DNA of 64,000 nucleotides from Myxococcales bacterium (GTDB taxonomy: Bacteria; Myxococcota_A; UBA9042): the NCBI GenBank assembly GCA_037441385.1, contig JBBISH010000011.1:22830-86829 (forward strand), given 5' to 3'. A program made the position numbers and the translations under genes. Shown here one piece after another: positions 9,620-19,156 of the stretch (within the stretch, counting starts at the first letter, position 1; each line of letters starts with the position of its first letter). The notes under the pieces are model-generated. The model saw nothing but the letters and a program-made list of their open reading frames with translations. It had not been told where the DNA came from and made no database searches.

Positions 9620-12600
9620 CTAATCCTTGCGGTTTTCCGGCACCGGCTGGATGTCGCCGCACTGTCCGTCGCTCATGCACGGCTTCAGTTCAGGCCAAAC
9701 CTTGCCGCCCGAGCCCAGGTACAGGCCGATGGCGTGCATGACCATCGCGCCGTGGTCAAAGAACGATTGCTTGTCGCAGGTAGCCGGGTCCTGCCCTGCC
9801 TTGCCTGCCGCCGACTTGCACCGGGCGCGCAGGGCGTCGACCTGCTCGCCAGGGTTCCAGAATCCGTGCTTGCCCTCTGGTTCCACGTACGGAAAGAAGG
9901 TGCCCGACTGGCCGCCGGCCTGGTCCGGACCGATCGCGTGCGTGTGCAGCGGCGGGCTTAGGCGCGGCACCGGCCAACCATCCTTGCCCTCGGGTGCCGG
10001 CGCGGCGAGCTGCACCTTTTGGCCTTGCGGCGGCAGACTGGACTGACCGGCCGCCACCGGCGTGGCGCTCTGCGACAGGTCTTCCACATCGAACAGGAGG
10101 CCATTGCCCGAGCCATCCAGAAAGCGCGGAATCTTGTCCACCGCTTCTAGCACGTAGGTATCGATGACGGTTTGGTTGACCGTTCGGCCGCCCCATTCGG
10201 CGATCTTCTTCTTCCAGTCCAACAGACCCGCCGCGCGGCCGATGGCCGCCCCGGTATTGACCGGCACGTTCATGTCGCCAATGGTGTTCAACACGATCGC
10301 GTGAGTCCCCATGTCCGCGTCAAAGAAGTGCGAGGCCCACACCGCCGGGTCGGCCGGATCCAGGACCATCTGGGCAAAGCCAAAGAATTTTCGTAGTTCT
10401 GGCCGCGCTCGGTGCAAGCCCAGGCCTTCCGCTAACGGCGCCAGGGCCTCGCCCGCCTTGAATTGCAGCGGTGCCGAGCGGTAGTGGAAGGCAATGTCGT
10501 GGGTGAACTGGTCGACCACAAAGAGTTTCTTGGCGTCCAGCTTGACCGCGCAGGCCTTGTGCTTGAGCCGATCGACTTGGCCCGACACGAACGCATCGCC
10601 CTTGTAGAACGTCAGCAGGTGCCGTTGCGGCGGCACGGTGATGTCCGAAGCGAGGCCGACGCGAAACGCGAGGCAGCGCGCGGTGCACACTTGCTTGTCC
10701 GCGACCGCGGCATCGGCCGTGCAGGTGGCCAAACAGCCCTTGTCCACAAACAGGCGGGCGCAGTCGTACTCGAAATTGCTGACATTGTCGGCGCGCACGC
10801 TGTCACCGGCGGCCAACTGGCCCCACAGCTCGGCGGGCACGCTCGCGACTTCTTTGTCGTACGTGTCGTTGAGCGACGGCACGATGGTGTGGATGCTCAT
10901 CGTCGACGTCGCCGGGTTGGGCGTGCTCACGTACAGCGGCCCCATCAAGCGCAGCTGCACCGACTCGCGCACACCGCCCTGGATCGACCGCACGCCCACG
11001 TCGATCAAACCGCCGCCGCCCGAAACCGGAACCACGGCGCTGATCTCGGTCTCTACGCCGCCCATCACGGCGCTCATGATGCCGCCCAGCGAGCCGCCCA
11101 TCATGAAGATCGGCATCGTCGGCCCGCCCACGTCGACCACGCCGTCGCCGTCGGTGTCGCCGGCCAGGTCGTCCAACTTGCCGTTGCCGTTCAGATCCAC
11201 CGGCCACACCGTCTTGCCGTCAAAGGCGCGCAAGATCCGCACCAACTGCATGTAGTCCACGGCGGTCTGGCGCACCACGTCGCGGGTGTGGAAGGTATAG
11301 GCAGTCCAGAAGTCGGCGCCCGAGTCGGCTAGACCGTCCAAGTCCTGATCCCAGTTGCGATTGCTGGTCAGCGCTTTGGCCAGGTTCAGCAGGCCAAAAC
11401 CACCAAAGACGTTGGTCAGCAGCGCGCTGTCTTGCTTGCCCAGGGTGAAGCCGTGGCTCACGTTGTCGATGGCGATGGTGATAAAGCCCATGCGCGCCAA
11501 GTACGGGCCAAAGCTGAAGGCTTCGGTCTTGTTGCCCGTATAGCCGTGGCCCAGGATCACGATGCCGCGCGGCTTGCCGTCGGGCGTGGCCTCCTTGCGC
11601 GGGGTCATCGCCCAAAACGTCACGGTCTCGCTGCGGTCCTTGGCCTTCTTGCTCGCCACGTCGGGCGGCCAGCTCATGTCGTTGTAGCCCAGGTAGTGGC
11701 CGTCTTTGTCTTGGCGGTCGAACAGTTGCGGGCTTTGGTAGGTGCCAAAGAAGTGCACGCCCACGTACTTGAGCGCCTCGCCAAAACGCTTGGACTGTTC
11801 CGGCCCGCCCGTGCCGACCAAACCACCCGCGATGATGAGCTGGGCGACTTGCTGGAACGACTCGCCAGAGAGCGTGTACTTCGTCTCGAATTTTGGATGC
11901 TTGGGGTCGTTGTCGAACAACGGCAGCAGTTCGCCGAGTTGGGGCGGGTAGGCCTCGTGCAGGTGCTTTTGCGCGCCGGTGCCATACAAACCCTGGCGAA
12001 CTGCACGCAGGTCGGCCTCAATGCTGCCCGTGGTGAACGACCAGGCAAAGGCGATGTCGCCCAGACCCAGGCCACCAAAGTCCTTGCCGTGACTAGCTAA
12101 AATCCCTTCCAAGGGCCGCAGCGCCTCGGTCTGCTGGAGGTGGTGGATGTATAGGCCCGGCGATCCCACGGGCTTGCCCTGCAGGTCCAGCACCCGCCGC
12201 GTCACCAGCACGGCGTAGGTGGTGCGCTCGCGCAGCGGAACCAAGGGCCGCAACAGAAGCGTATTGGTCTCGCGCTCGTAGAACGTCATCAGCGCGTCGG
12301 CGCGCTCGGCCAGGTTCATCTCGCCGGGCTTCTTGGTGACGCCGGGCAAGTAGTTGGGCTTGTCCAGTACACCGTCCAGGTCGTCGTCTTCGCCCGGGTC
12401 CAGCGCGCCATTGCCATTGGCGTCCTCGTCGTGCTCTTCAAACGACAGTGTCAGGCTGTCGCCGCGCGCGTCGCCCCGCCAATAGCCGCCGATTTGCTCC
12501 AGTACTTGCGGGAAGTTGCCGTTGCCCACGTCCAGCTCGCGCGGCTGGCCAAAGGTAGGCGACCCCTCTGTGATATCGACCAGATAGACCGCGTCATCGG

Positions 12601-12970
12601 CAAAGGCGTAGTCGTCGCCGTGGTGCCGCAGCATGAGCGACTTGGGATCGATGGGCCCGTCGAACGGCACGCTGATCGGCGAATACGTGCCCCAACCGTC
12701 CAGCTGATCGACCAGCTGACGCGTCCGACTTTCCATGTTAGTGTCGGCCAGTTGCGAAGCATTGATGCGCCGCAGCGTGGGCGAACTGGCGTCGTAGCGC
12801 GTCGCCAGGTCGTTCGGCAGCGGAATTTCTGGCAGCGGCTTGGCGTCAAAATCGATCTTGACGTGGACGCTGGCGGCGCCGGCTTTGGCCAAGCCCTCGG
12901 GCTCGCTCTGACAAGCGCTCGCCGCCAGAACTAGCCACAAGTGCGCGAACCATCTTGAGTGCCTCTGCAT
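9620..12970 (-). CDS. Large lipoprotein with an Ig-like N-terminus and alpha/beta-hydrolase (lipase-like) domain
   Basis: Lipobox-like ASAC; 'P.PNDL', 'ILGHGYTG', nucleophile elbow 'GGSLGG', candidate catalytic 'GDMNVP' and 'KHGF'; DxNxNG/DxDGDG Ca-binding motifs; GGGAGG RBS. Confidence 0.75.
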   Translation of the reverse strand: MQRHSRWFAHLWLVLAASACQSEPEGLAKAGAASVHVKIDFDAKPLPEIPLPNDLATRYDASSPTLRRINASQLADTNMESRTRQLVDQLDGWGTYSPISVPFDGPIDPKSLMLRHHGDDYAFADDAVYLVDITEGSPTFGQPRELDVGNGNFPQVLEQIGGYWRGDARGDSLTLSFEEHDEDANGNGALDPGEDDDLDGVLDKPNYLPGVTKKPGEMNLAERADALMTFYERETNTLLLRPLVPLRERTTYAVLVTRRVLDLQGKPVGSPGLYIHHLQQTEALRPLEGILASHGKDFGGLGLGDIAFAWSFTTGSIEADLRAVRQGLYGTGAQKHLHEAYPPQLGELLPLFDNDPKHPKFETKYTLSGESFQQVAQLIIAGGLVGTGGPEQSKRFGEALKYVGVHFFGTYQSPQLFDRQDKDGHYLGYNDMSWPPDVASKKAKDRSETVTFWAMTPRKEATPDGKPRGIVILGHGYTGNKTEAFSFGPYLARMGFITIAIDNVSHGFTLGKQDSALLTNVFGGFGLLNLAKALTSNRNWDQDLDGLADSGADFWTAYTFHTRDVVRQTAVDYMQLVRILRAFDGKTVWPVDLNGNGKLDDLAGDTDGDGVVDVGGPTMPIFMMGGSLGGIMSAVMGGVETEISAVVPVSGGGGLIDVGVRSIQGGVRESVQLRLMGPLYVSTPNPATSTMSIHTIVPSLNDTYDKEVASVPAELWGQLAAGDSVRADNVSNFEYDCARLFVDKGCLATCTADAAVADKQVCTARCLAFRVGLASDITVPPQRHLLTFYKGDAFVSGQVDRLKHKACAVKLDAKKLFVVDQFTHDIAFHYRSAPLQFKAGEALAPLAEGLGLHRARPELRKFFGFAQMVLDPADPAVWASHFFDADMGTHAIVLNTIGDMNVPVNTGAAIGRAAGLLDWKKKIAEWGGRTVNQTVIDTYVLEAVDKIPRFLDGSGNGLLFDVEDLSQSATPVAAGQSSLPPQGQKVQLAAPAPEGKDGWPVPRLSPPLHTHAIGPDQAGGQSGTFFPYVEPEGKHGFWNPGEQVDALRARCKSAAGKAGQDPATCDKQSFFDHGAMVMHAIGLYLGSGGKVWPELKPCMSDGQCGDIQPVPENRKD

Positions 12971-12985
12971 GGTCCCTCCCGCAGG

Positions 12986-14674
12986 CTACGGCGCCTCGCG
13001 GCCCAGCCAAGCCAGCGTAACTCGCCCAGCTGGAATCGGTTCGTTCAGGCCTGCCAGCGCGCCGCCGGGGATCAGCACGCCCGCCTCAGCACAGAGGAGC
13101 AGGTGGGCCGGATAGTGCGGCACCGGCATGCGCCAACGCACGCCCGCGTCCAACTCGGCGCCCAGCAGCGAGCCCGTGGCAGCGTTGCCCAAGAAGTTGC
13201 GAGGAGAACCGCCACCTTCGCTGACCGTCCAGCGCGGGTCCGCGAGCGGCACCGACGTCCACGCCAGCAAAGCGCCGCCGTAGACCTCGCCGCGCTCCAA
13301 GAAGGTGTGGCCTACTTTGGGGAACACGACCCAGCTATTGGTCACCGCGCCGCCGGTCGCCAATCGATCCAGGTCCTCGGGCGGCTGGCCGACCAAGTTG
13401 GGGTCCGAGGCCGAGAGCCTCGCCCGTCCGGTCTGCCACGCAAGGACCCGCGGAAACAGCACGATGCCCAGCTGCGCGTTTGGGTCGGCCTTGAACGCCG
13501 TCACCTTGCCGTCGCCCAAGTTGGCATCGCCCGAGAGCCAAGCCAGGTCCAGCTGCGTGCGCAACCCAGGAGTCAGCTCGGCCGACGCCCGCAGCAGCGC
13601 AGCGCCTTGCAGCACGTCGTGCTTGGGGAAGTCGGGGCTGGGCGCCAACGTGGTCGTGCCCGCGATCAAAGCGGCCTCGCCCTGCAGGCGAATCGCGTGC
13701 AACGGCGTGGGCAGGCGCAAATCGAAGGCGCCGTCGACCAGACTGACGTCCAGGCCGCGCCCAGAGGCCGCGGTCTGACTCCTCCCGGCATAGTACAGGC
13801 CAAGCCACTCGTCCGACGCCACGTACCAGCGCACCGAGCCAACGACTTGATTGGCCGTGTCGCCGTCCAGCAGGACATCGTCGGCAAACACGCGGTCGAC
13901 CGCGAGCGACACCGCCAGGCCGCGCAAGACCGAAGACGTGTTGCGGAAAGGGGTCAAGACCAGCGCGCCGCGGACCACGCGGTCGCCGACCCGCGGCACA
14001 TAGAACCACTGCTTGTCCATGCCCTGGACTCGGCCATCGCGTGCGACCAAGCCATTGCCCCACGACGAGCCCATCAGGCCGCCGCGCACCTCCGCAATTT
14101 GATTCCAGTTCGCCCCGATCCAAGCTTCGGTTGGCTCTAGCTTGCCCTCGCGACTGGCCGGCAAGCGATCCCCGGGCAGCGGGGTCAGACCGCCCCAACC
14201 GCCGCTCAGCAGTTCGCCGCCCAGCGCGCCGCGCACGACCAAGCGGCCCAGCCAGCGGCCAGTCTGACCGCCCACGCCAAAGTGCAGGCGACCATCCAAG
14301 TCCGCATTCGCCGGCGATTTCGTGCCTGTGCGGTCGACCATGAACTGGCCCATTTGGGTAGCGGTGGCCAGGATCGCAACGTCGGGGTGCCAGCTGGGCC
14401 GATTGGCAGCTTCGCGCATGGCCAGGGCCATGACGCCGGGCGGCGTGGCGATCCGCTCCATAGTAGGCGTGGCCGATTCTGCTGGAGGCACAGCGGGTTT
14501 GCTGGCAGGCCCCTCGGCTGGCGTGGCGGCAGCGGGCGTATCGACCGCATCGGCCCAGGCTGGCCCCGTTCCGGCCAGCGCCAGCACCGCCCAACCCAAC
14601 AAGGTCAAGCGCGGCAGGAGCACGCCCGGCCGGGCCCAACTCCCAGCGCCCCAGGGCGTTCGCGTGCGAGACAT
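12986..14674 (-). CDS. Putative outer-membrane beta-barrel protein
   Basis: Signal peptide, Pro/Ala linker, alternating beta-strand pattern ('LLGAELDAGVRW'), AAAGGA RBS; 15 bp upstream of the hydrolase gene. Confidence 0.65.
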   Translation of the reverse strand: MSRTRTPWGAGSWARPGVLLPRLTLLGWAVLALAGTGPAWADAVDTPAAATPAEGPASKPAVPPAESATPTMERIATPPGVMALAMREAANRPSWHPDVAILATATQMGQFMVDRTGTKSPANADLDGRLHFGVGGQTGRWLGRLVVRGALGGELLSGGWGGLTPLPGDRLPASREGKLEPTEAWIGANWNQIAEVRGGLMGSSWGNGLVARDGRVQGMDKQWFYVPRVGDRVVRGALVLTPFRNTSSVLRGLAVSLAVDRVFADDVLLDGDTANQVVGSVRWYVASDEWLGLYYAGRSQTAASGRGLDVSLVDGAFDLRLPTPLHAIRLQGEAALIAGTTTLAPSPDFPKHDVLQGAALLRASAELTPGLRTQLDLAWLSGDANLGDGKVTAFKADPNAQLGIVLFPRVLAWQTGRARLSASDPNLVGQPPEDLDRLATGGAVTNSWVVFPKVGHTFLERGEVYGGALLAWTSVPLADPRWTVSEGGGSPRNFLGNAATGSLLGAELDAGVRWRMPVPHYPAHLLLCAEAGVLIPGGALAGLNEPIPAGRVTLAWLGREAP

Positions 14675-14881
14675 GGCGTCCTTTGGCGGCTCCAGGGGCC
14701 GCGGCGACAACGGGTGCCGTGGCGGCAACGTACGCAGATCGGCGCCAGAGCGTCAAGGGGCCGGCAGCGGTCGCAGGTCCAGAGACTTGTGCTGCGTAGT
14801 CTGGCGCGGGCATCGCAAAACGGCCGCCCCGCCCACCTGCCGCAGCAGGCCGACGAGGGCCGCAAACCCTTGTGCGTGCGA

Positions 14882-17872
14882 CTACTTCACGGTCGCCATC
14901 GCCGCCTTGGTGGCGTTGATGGTCTCGCTGAAGAAGGTCGGGTTGTGTAGGCCGCCGCTCTTGTCGTTGTTCAGCAGTTGCATGTTCCAGATGCCCTTGA
15001 ACACGGTGGTGCCCGCGCCGATGACCGCGGTGTTCTTGCCGGCCACGGGCGTCTGCAGCGCCGTCCACGACACGCCGAACTGGGTCACGCTGGTGGTGGT
15101 GTTGTCCGTCCAGGTGATCGAGATGGCCTTGGGCATGGTGAACCACAGGAAGAACGAGGTGCCCACGTACTTGGCCTCGATGCTGGTCGGCACGTCGGTC
15201 AGCTCCACGTTGTAGGTGGTGCTGGAGCTGGACGAATACAGGCCGTTGCCGTTGTTCGCCCGCACGAGCACCTTGCCGTTGGCGGCAATCGCCTGGCTGG
15301 TCAGCACCTTGGCGGCGGCGCCGATGCTCTGGCCCATCTCGGTCATCTGCATGGCGATCACGCCCTTGAGCGCCTTGCCGTCCACGTTGGCGGCGTGGCA
15401 CGAAGCGCAGACTTTCTCGTCTGGCTTGAAGCTGTGGTTGCCGGTCTCGTTGGCCGCGGCTTGCGCCTCGGTCGGGATTTTGACGTGGCAGGCCGCGCAA
15501 GTATCGGTGACCGCCAAGTGCTTGCTGGGCGTGTAGCGCGGCATGAAGTAGGCGTTGAAGCCGTACAGCACGTCAGTCTGCGCCGGGGCGTGCGGGCCCG
15601 AGGTCGAGGTCGTCGCGGCGACAAAGTCGGTGTGCTCGCCGTTGCGGGTGTTGTGGCAGGCCATGCAGGTCAGGCCGGTGCCGGCGCCGGTGATGCCGGT
15701 CATGCCGTTGGGCAGCGCGGCCACGCTGTCGTACAGACGGACTTGCGCCGGGTGATCCGCGGCGTGCGGGTCGTGGCAGGTCTGGCAGGTCTGCGGCTCC
15801 ACGGTCGAGCGCTGCAGGCCGGCCGCGCGCAGGTAGGCTTCGTCGGCGGGCGAGCCGTCGGGCTTGACGATCAGGCCAGCGTTGCCTTTGTCGAGCTGAT
15901 CGGCGTACAGGACGAAGCCTTGCGCGGCGTGGCAGCGGCCACAGTGGGCGGCGTTGGCGCCACTGGCTTCAAACGTGCCGCGGTCGGCCAGGGCCGGGTT
16001 GGCGTGACCGCTGGTCTGCCACTGCGCGGGCTTGTAGTGATGCGGGCCTTCCTGGTGGCACTGCGCGCAGACCGCCGTGCTCATCGACACGCGCGCAAAG
16101 TGCAGGTCGTTGACCACGGCCGCGTTCTTGCCCATGCCCGACGACGAGTGCCCTTGCGAATTGTTGGGGCCGTGGCAGTTCTCGCACTGCACGCCCGCGA
16201 GCTTGCCCAGGTCCGGGTGATCTTTCTGCAGCGCATCCCAGGTGCCGGCGGCGGGCTTGAAGACCCAGCCGTTGTTCTTCTGCACGTCGTCAAAGCCGCC
16301 GTTGTCCACAAACGGCGAGTAGCCTACTGTGTGGCATTCGATGCAGCCCTGGCCAAAGAACGCGCCGCCCTTGACGCCGTTGAACTTGTCGATGCTGCCC
16401 AGCAGGTGGTTGGTCTTGGCCCACGCGCCAAATGGATCCGGGGCCACGGTGTTGTTGTGGCACGCCTTGCAGACGTCCTGGCCGTTGTACATGCCGGCCC
16501 AGCTGCCCGCGTAGATGGTCAGCGTCATCTTGGCGACCGTCTCGGTGAGCACGTAAGCGCCCTTGGCGTCAGGGGTAAAGTGCGGGAACTGCGTGGTAGC
16601 GTCGACCAGCTTGGCGGTCGAGCCGCTGGCGCCACTGCTGTCCAACGTCCAGTTCCAGCTGGTCACGGTGGCGTCGCCCTGCAGGTACACGGGCAGGCCC
16701 AAGGTCACGTTGCGCAGTCCGGCGCCGGGCGCGGCCGACATGACCGTCACGTTGGCCGTGCTGCTGTGGCCCTGCGGGTCCTTGACGGTCAGGCTGAAGG
16801 TGTAGTGACCAGCGTCGTCCGGCGAGATGCCCACCACGCCAAAGCGGATCGGCGTGGCAAAGGTCTTCGAGTTCGGCAGCGACAACGTCTTGAAGGTCAG
16901 CGTGTTGCTGGTGGGGTTGGTCAGGGTCACGGGCAGGCCGCCGGTCTGGGTCCACTGATAGCTCAGCTTGGCCACGTCGCTGTCGGCGTCGGTCACCGTC
17001 GCCTTCAGAGCCACGTTGGCGTCGTAGCCCGCCAGCAGATCGCTCGCCACCACGATGGTCGGTGCGCCGCCACTCTTGCTGTCGGCCGTCAGGGCCGCGC
17101 CCACGTTGGTCGTGTTCAGCGCCACAACGCCCACGTTGTTGATCTGGGCGGTGGCGTAGCCGGCCAGGCTCACCGTCAGCTGGTAGGCACCGATCGGCAC
17201 GCCGGTCAGCGTGAAGGTGCCATCAGCGCCCGACTTGACCTGCAGACTCAACGGGTTGCTGGTCACCAGCGCGCCAACCAGGGCCGAGCCGTCGGCCGCC
17301 GCCGTCACCTTGCCGCTGATGGTGCCCTTGGCCGAGGCTGGGTCGCCGCTGTCGCCCTTGGGGCCTTGGGCGCCGTCTTTGCCGTTCACGCCGTCTTTGC
17401 CGTCTTGCACGGTCGCGGTCGGCGAGCCTGGGCAGTTGATGGTCTTGGTGCCGGCGCCGTCGTCGGCCACGGTGCAGGGCGCGCCGTCTTTGCCGTTCTT
17501 GCCGTCGTATACGGTGACTGTGCTGCCGTCAGGGCAGGTGATGGTCTTGCTGCCGTTGGCGTTGGCGGCCACCGTGCAGTTCTTGCCGTCCAAACCGGCC
17601 TTGCCGGCGGGCAACGTCACGGTGGTGCCGTCTTCGCAGGCGATGGTGGCGCTGCCGTCGGTATTCGCCTTGACCGCGCACGACTTGCCGTTGGCGCCGG
17701 GGGCACCGTTGGCCCCGTTCGTCCCGTTCTGCCCGGCCGCGCCCGTCGCGCCGATCGGCCCGGTTGCTTCACAGCCGGCCAACGAAAGCAGGGCTGCGAA
17801 CGCCCCGACGAGCACCCTGCCAAAGACAGGGGTGGCCATGCCCGTTTGGTTCCACTTGATTGCGTTCATCAC
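14882..17872 (-). CDS. Nine-heme c-type cytochrome lipoprotein with collagen-like, carboxypeptidase-regulatory-like and PKD-like N-terminal domains
   Basis: Lipobox LAGC; G-X-Y triplets; three 'C.V......TI.C' repeats; 9 CxxCH motifs in the C-terminal half; C-terminal 'GLHNP'. Confidence 0.9.
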   Translation of the reverse strand: MMNAIKWNQTGMATPVFGRVLVGAFAALLSLAGCEATGPIGATGAAGQNGTNGANGAPGANGKSCAVKANTDGSATIACEDGTTVTLPAGKAGLDGKNCTVAANANGSKTITCPDGSTVTVYDGKNGKDGAPCTVADDGAGTKTINCPGSPTATVQDGKDGVNGKDGAQGPKGDSGDPASAKGTISGKVTAAADGSALVGALVTSNPLSLQVKSGADGTFTLTGVPIGAYQLTVSLAGYATAQINNVGVVALNTTNVGAALTADSKSGGAPTIVVASDLLAGYDANVALKATVTDADSDVAKLSYQWTQTGGLPVTLTNPTSNTLTFKTLSLPNSKTFATPIRFGVVGISPDDAGHYTFSLTVKDPQGHSSTANVTVMSAAPGAGLRNVTLGLPVYLQGDATVTSWNWTLDSSGASGSTAKLVDATTQFPHFTPDAKGAYVLTETVAKMTLTIYAGSWAGMYNGQDVCKACHNNTVAPDPFGAWAKTNHLLGSIDKFNGVKGGAFFGQGCIECHTVGYSPFVDNGGFDDVQKNNGWVFKPAAGTWDALQKDHPDLGKLAGVQCENCHGPNNSQGHSSSGMGKNAAVVNDLHFARVSMSTAVCAQCHQEGPHHYKPAQWQTSGHANPALADRGTFEASGANAAHCGRCHAAQGFVLYADQLDKGNAGLIVKPDGSPADEAYLRAAGLQRSTVEPQTCQTCHDPHAADHPAQVRLYDSVAALPNGMTGITGAGTGLTCMACHNTRNGEHTDFVAATTSTSGPHAPAQTDVLYGFNAYFMPRYTPSKHLAVTDTCAACHVKIPTEAQAAANETGNHSFKPDEKVCASCHAANVDGKALKGVIAMQMTEMGQSIGAAAKVLTSQAIAANGKVLVRANNGNGLYSSSSSTTYNVELTDVPTSIEAKYVGTSFFLWFTMPKAISITWTDNTTTSVTQFGVSWTALQTPVAGKNTAVIGAGTTVFKGIWNMQLLNNDKSGGLHNPTFFSETINATKAAMATVK

Positions 17873-17992
17873 CCTACCTCCATGGACTCTGGCCCTCTTG
17901 GCCCCTGCTGCCGCGCTCGCGGCCCCTTTCAGCGCTCGACTCGCCTGGACTGCGGAACGGTCCTCACCCTTGTGGGCCCGTCCGTACCTCGG

Positions 17993-19156
17993 CTACGTGT
18001 GGCACGGCGTGCACGCCGGTGCCGTCTTGGGATCTTGCTTGCTCGACCAGCCCGGCGGGTGCGGGTTGCCGCCCGGCTCGCCGACTTTGTGGCACTTGAC
18101 GCAGTTGCTGGCGGCGCCGCGGTCGTGGCAGGCCGCACAGGCCGTGATGTCTTGGCGCGCGGCCCGACCGTGGTTGTCCACACCGCCGCGGTCCATCCAC
18201 CCGGCTGGGTGCGGGCTGGGGCCGCCGCCGGCTACGGGCTGCGAAAGGCCCATGCGTTCGTGGCACTTGACGCATGTCTGCGGCGCGTGGCAAGTCTGGC
18301 AACCCTTGCTGTCCAGCTTGGCTTCCATCGAGTGGCGGCTCATGTAGTCGCCGCGGTGGTGGAACGACGCGTCAACCCGGTCGGCATGCAGCAAGTCTGG
18401 GCGGATCGCGTTGTTCTTGCTGTGGCACTCGGCGCAGCTAGTGTCTTGGTGGCAGTGGCCGCAGACCTTGCTCTGGCCCTTGGCGACGACGCCGTGGCGG
18501 CGCAACCAGTCCGCGCCGTGGTCGAAGTCGCGCACCGGCTTGTCCTGCATGGATTTCAGACCCTTGTGGCAGGTGTAGCAGTTCTCGGTGCGGAAATCGC
18601 GGCTGTGGCAGCTGGTGCAGGCGACCAGCATGTTGGGGCGCATGTCTTCAGACACCTTACCGTGCTTGCGGATGTCGCCGTGGCAGCGCACGCAGGTGTC
18701 TTTGTCGCCGGCCTTTTGCACGCGGTCCAGGTGGTTCTTGTGGCTGAAGTTGACGTCAAAGGTGCGGCGCGTGTCGACGAACGTGGTGGGCATGCTGGGG
18801 TTGGCGTGGCACTTGTCGCAGCCGCCCTCGGCTTTGTCGTGGCAGTCCATGCACTTGGCTTCGGTGGGGATCTCGCGCTTCTTGCTAAGGTCTTCCGAGG
18901 CGGCAATGCCGTCGTGGCAGTCGGCGCAGGCCAGGCCCTGGCAGGCGCCCGTGTCGCCCTTGGCGTTGGGCAGGCAGTCGGCGTCTTCGGCGGCGGCGAC
19001 GTGCCAATTGTGCGAGAACTTGACGTTGTCGCGCACGTTGCGCTCCGGTGCGCTGCCGCCCCACGAGCCGAGCAGCCAGGCGCAGGCAGGTAGCGTTGCC
19101 GCCATCGCCAGTACCAGCGCGAGCCGGAGCAGTGCGGATCCTTGCAAGGATTTCAT
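17993..19156 (-). CDS. 13-heme c-type cytochrome (two c7/c3-like triheme domains plus paired CxxCH)
   Basis: 13 CxxCH counted; two 'FSH..H' motifs; signal/lipoprotein peptide (LPAC); ATGA overlap with the barrel gene. Confidence 0.93.
   Translation of the reverse strand: MKSLQGSALLRLALVLAMAATLPACAWLLGSWGGSAPERNVRDNVKFSHNWHVAAAEDADCLPNAKGDTGACQGLACADCHDGIAASEDLSKKREIPTEAKCMDCHDKAEGGCDKCHANPSMPTTFVDTRRTFDVNFSHKNHLDRVQKAGDKDTCVRCHGDIRKHGKVSEDMRPNMLVACTSCHSRDFRTENCYTCHKGLKSMQDKPVRDFDHGADWLRRHGVVAKGQSKVCGHCHQDTSCAECHSKNNAIRPDLLHADRVDASFHHRGDYMSRHSMEAKLDSKGCQTCHAPQTCVKCHERMGLSQPVAGGGPSPHPAGWMDRGGVDNHGRAARQDITACAACHDRGAASNCVKCHKVGEPGGNPHPPGWSSKQDPKTAPACTPCHT

Noticed and set aside
14978..19093. 1371-aa plus-strand ORF, and similar long antisense ORFs such as 29137-32349, 32392-34668, 7541-9961 and 21507-23741
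   Set aside because: Shadow frames of well-supported genes in high-GC DNA; no motifs and skewed composition
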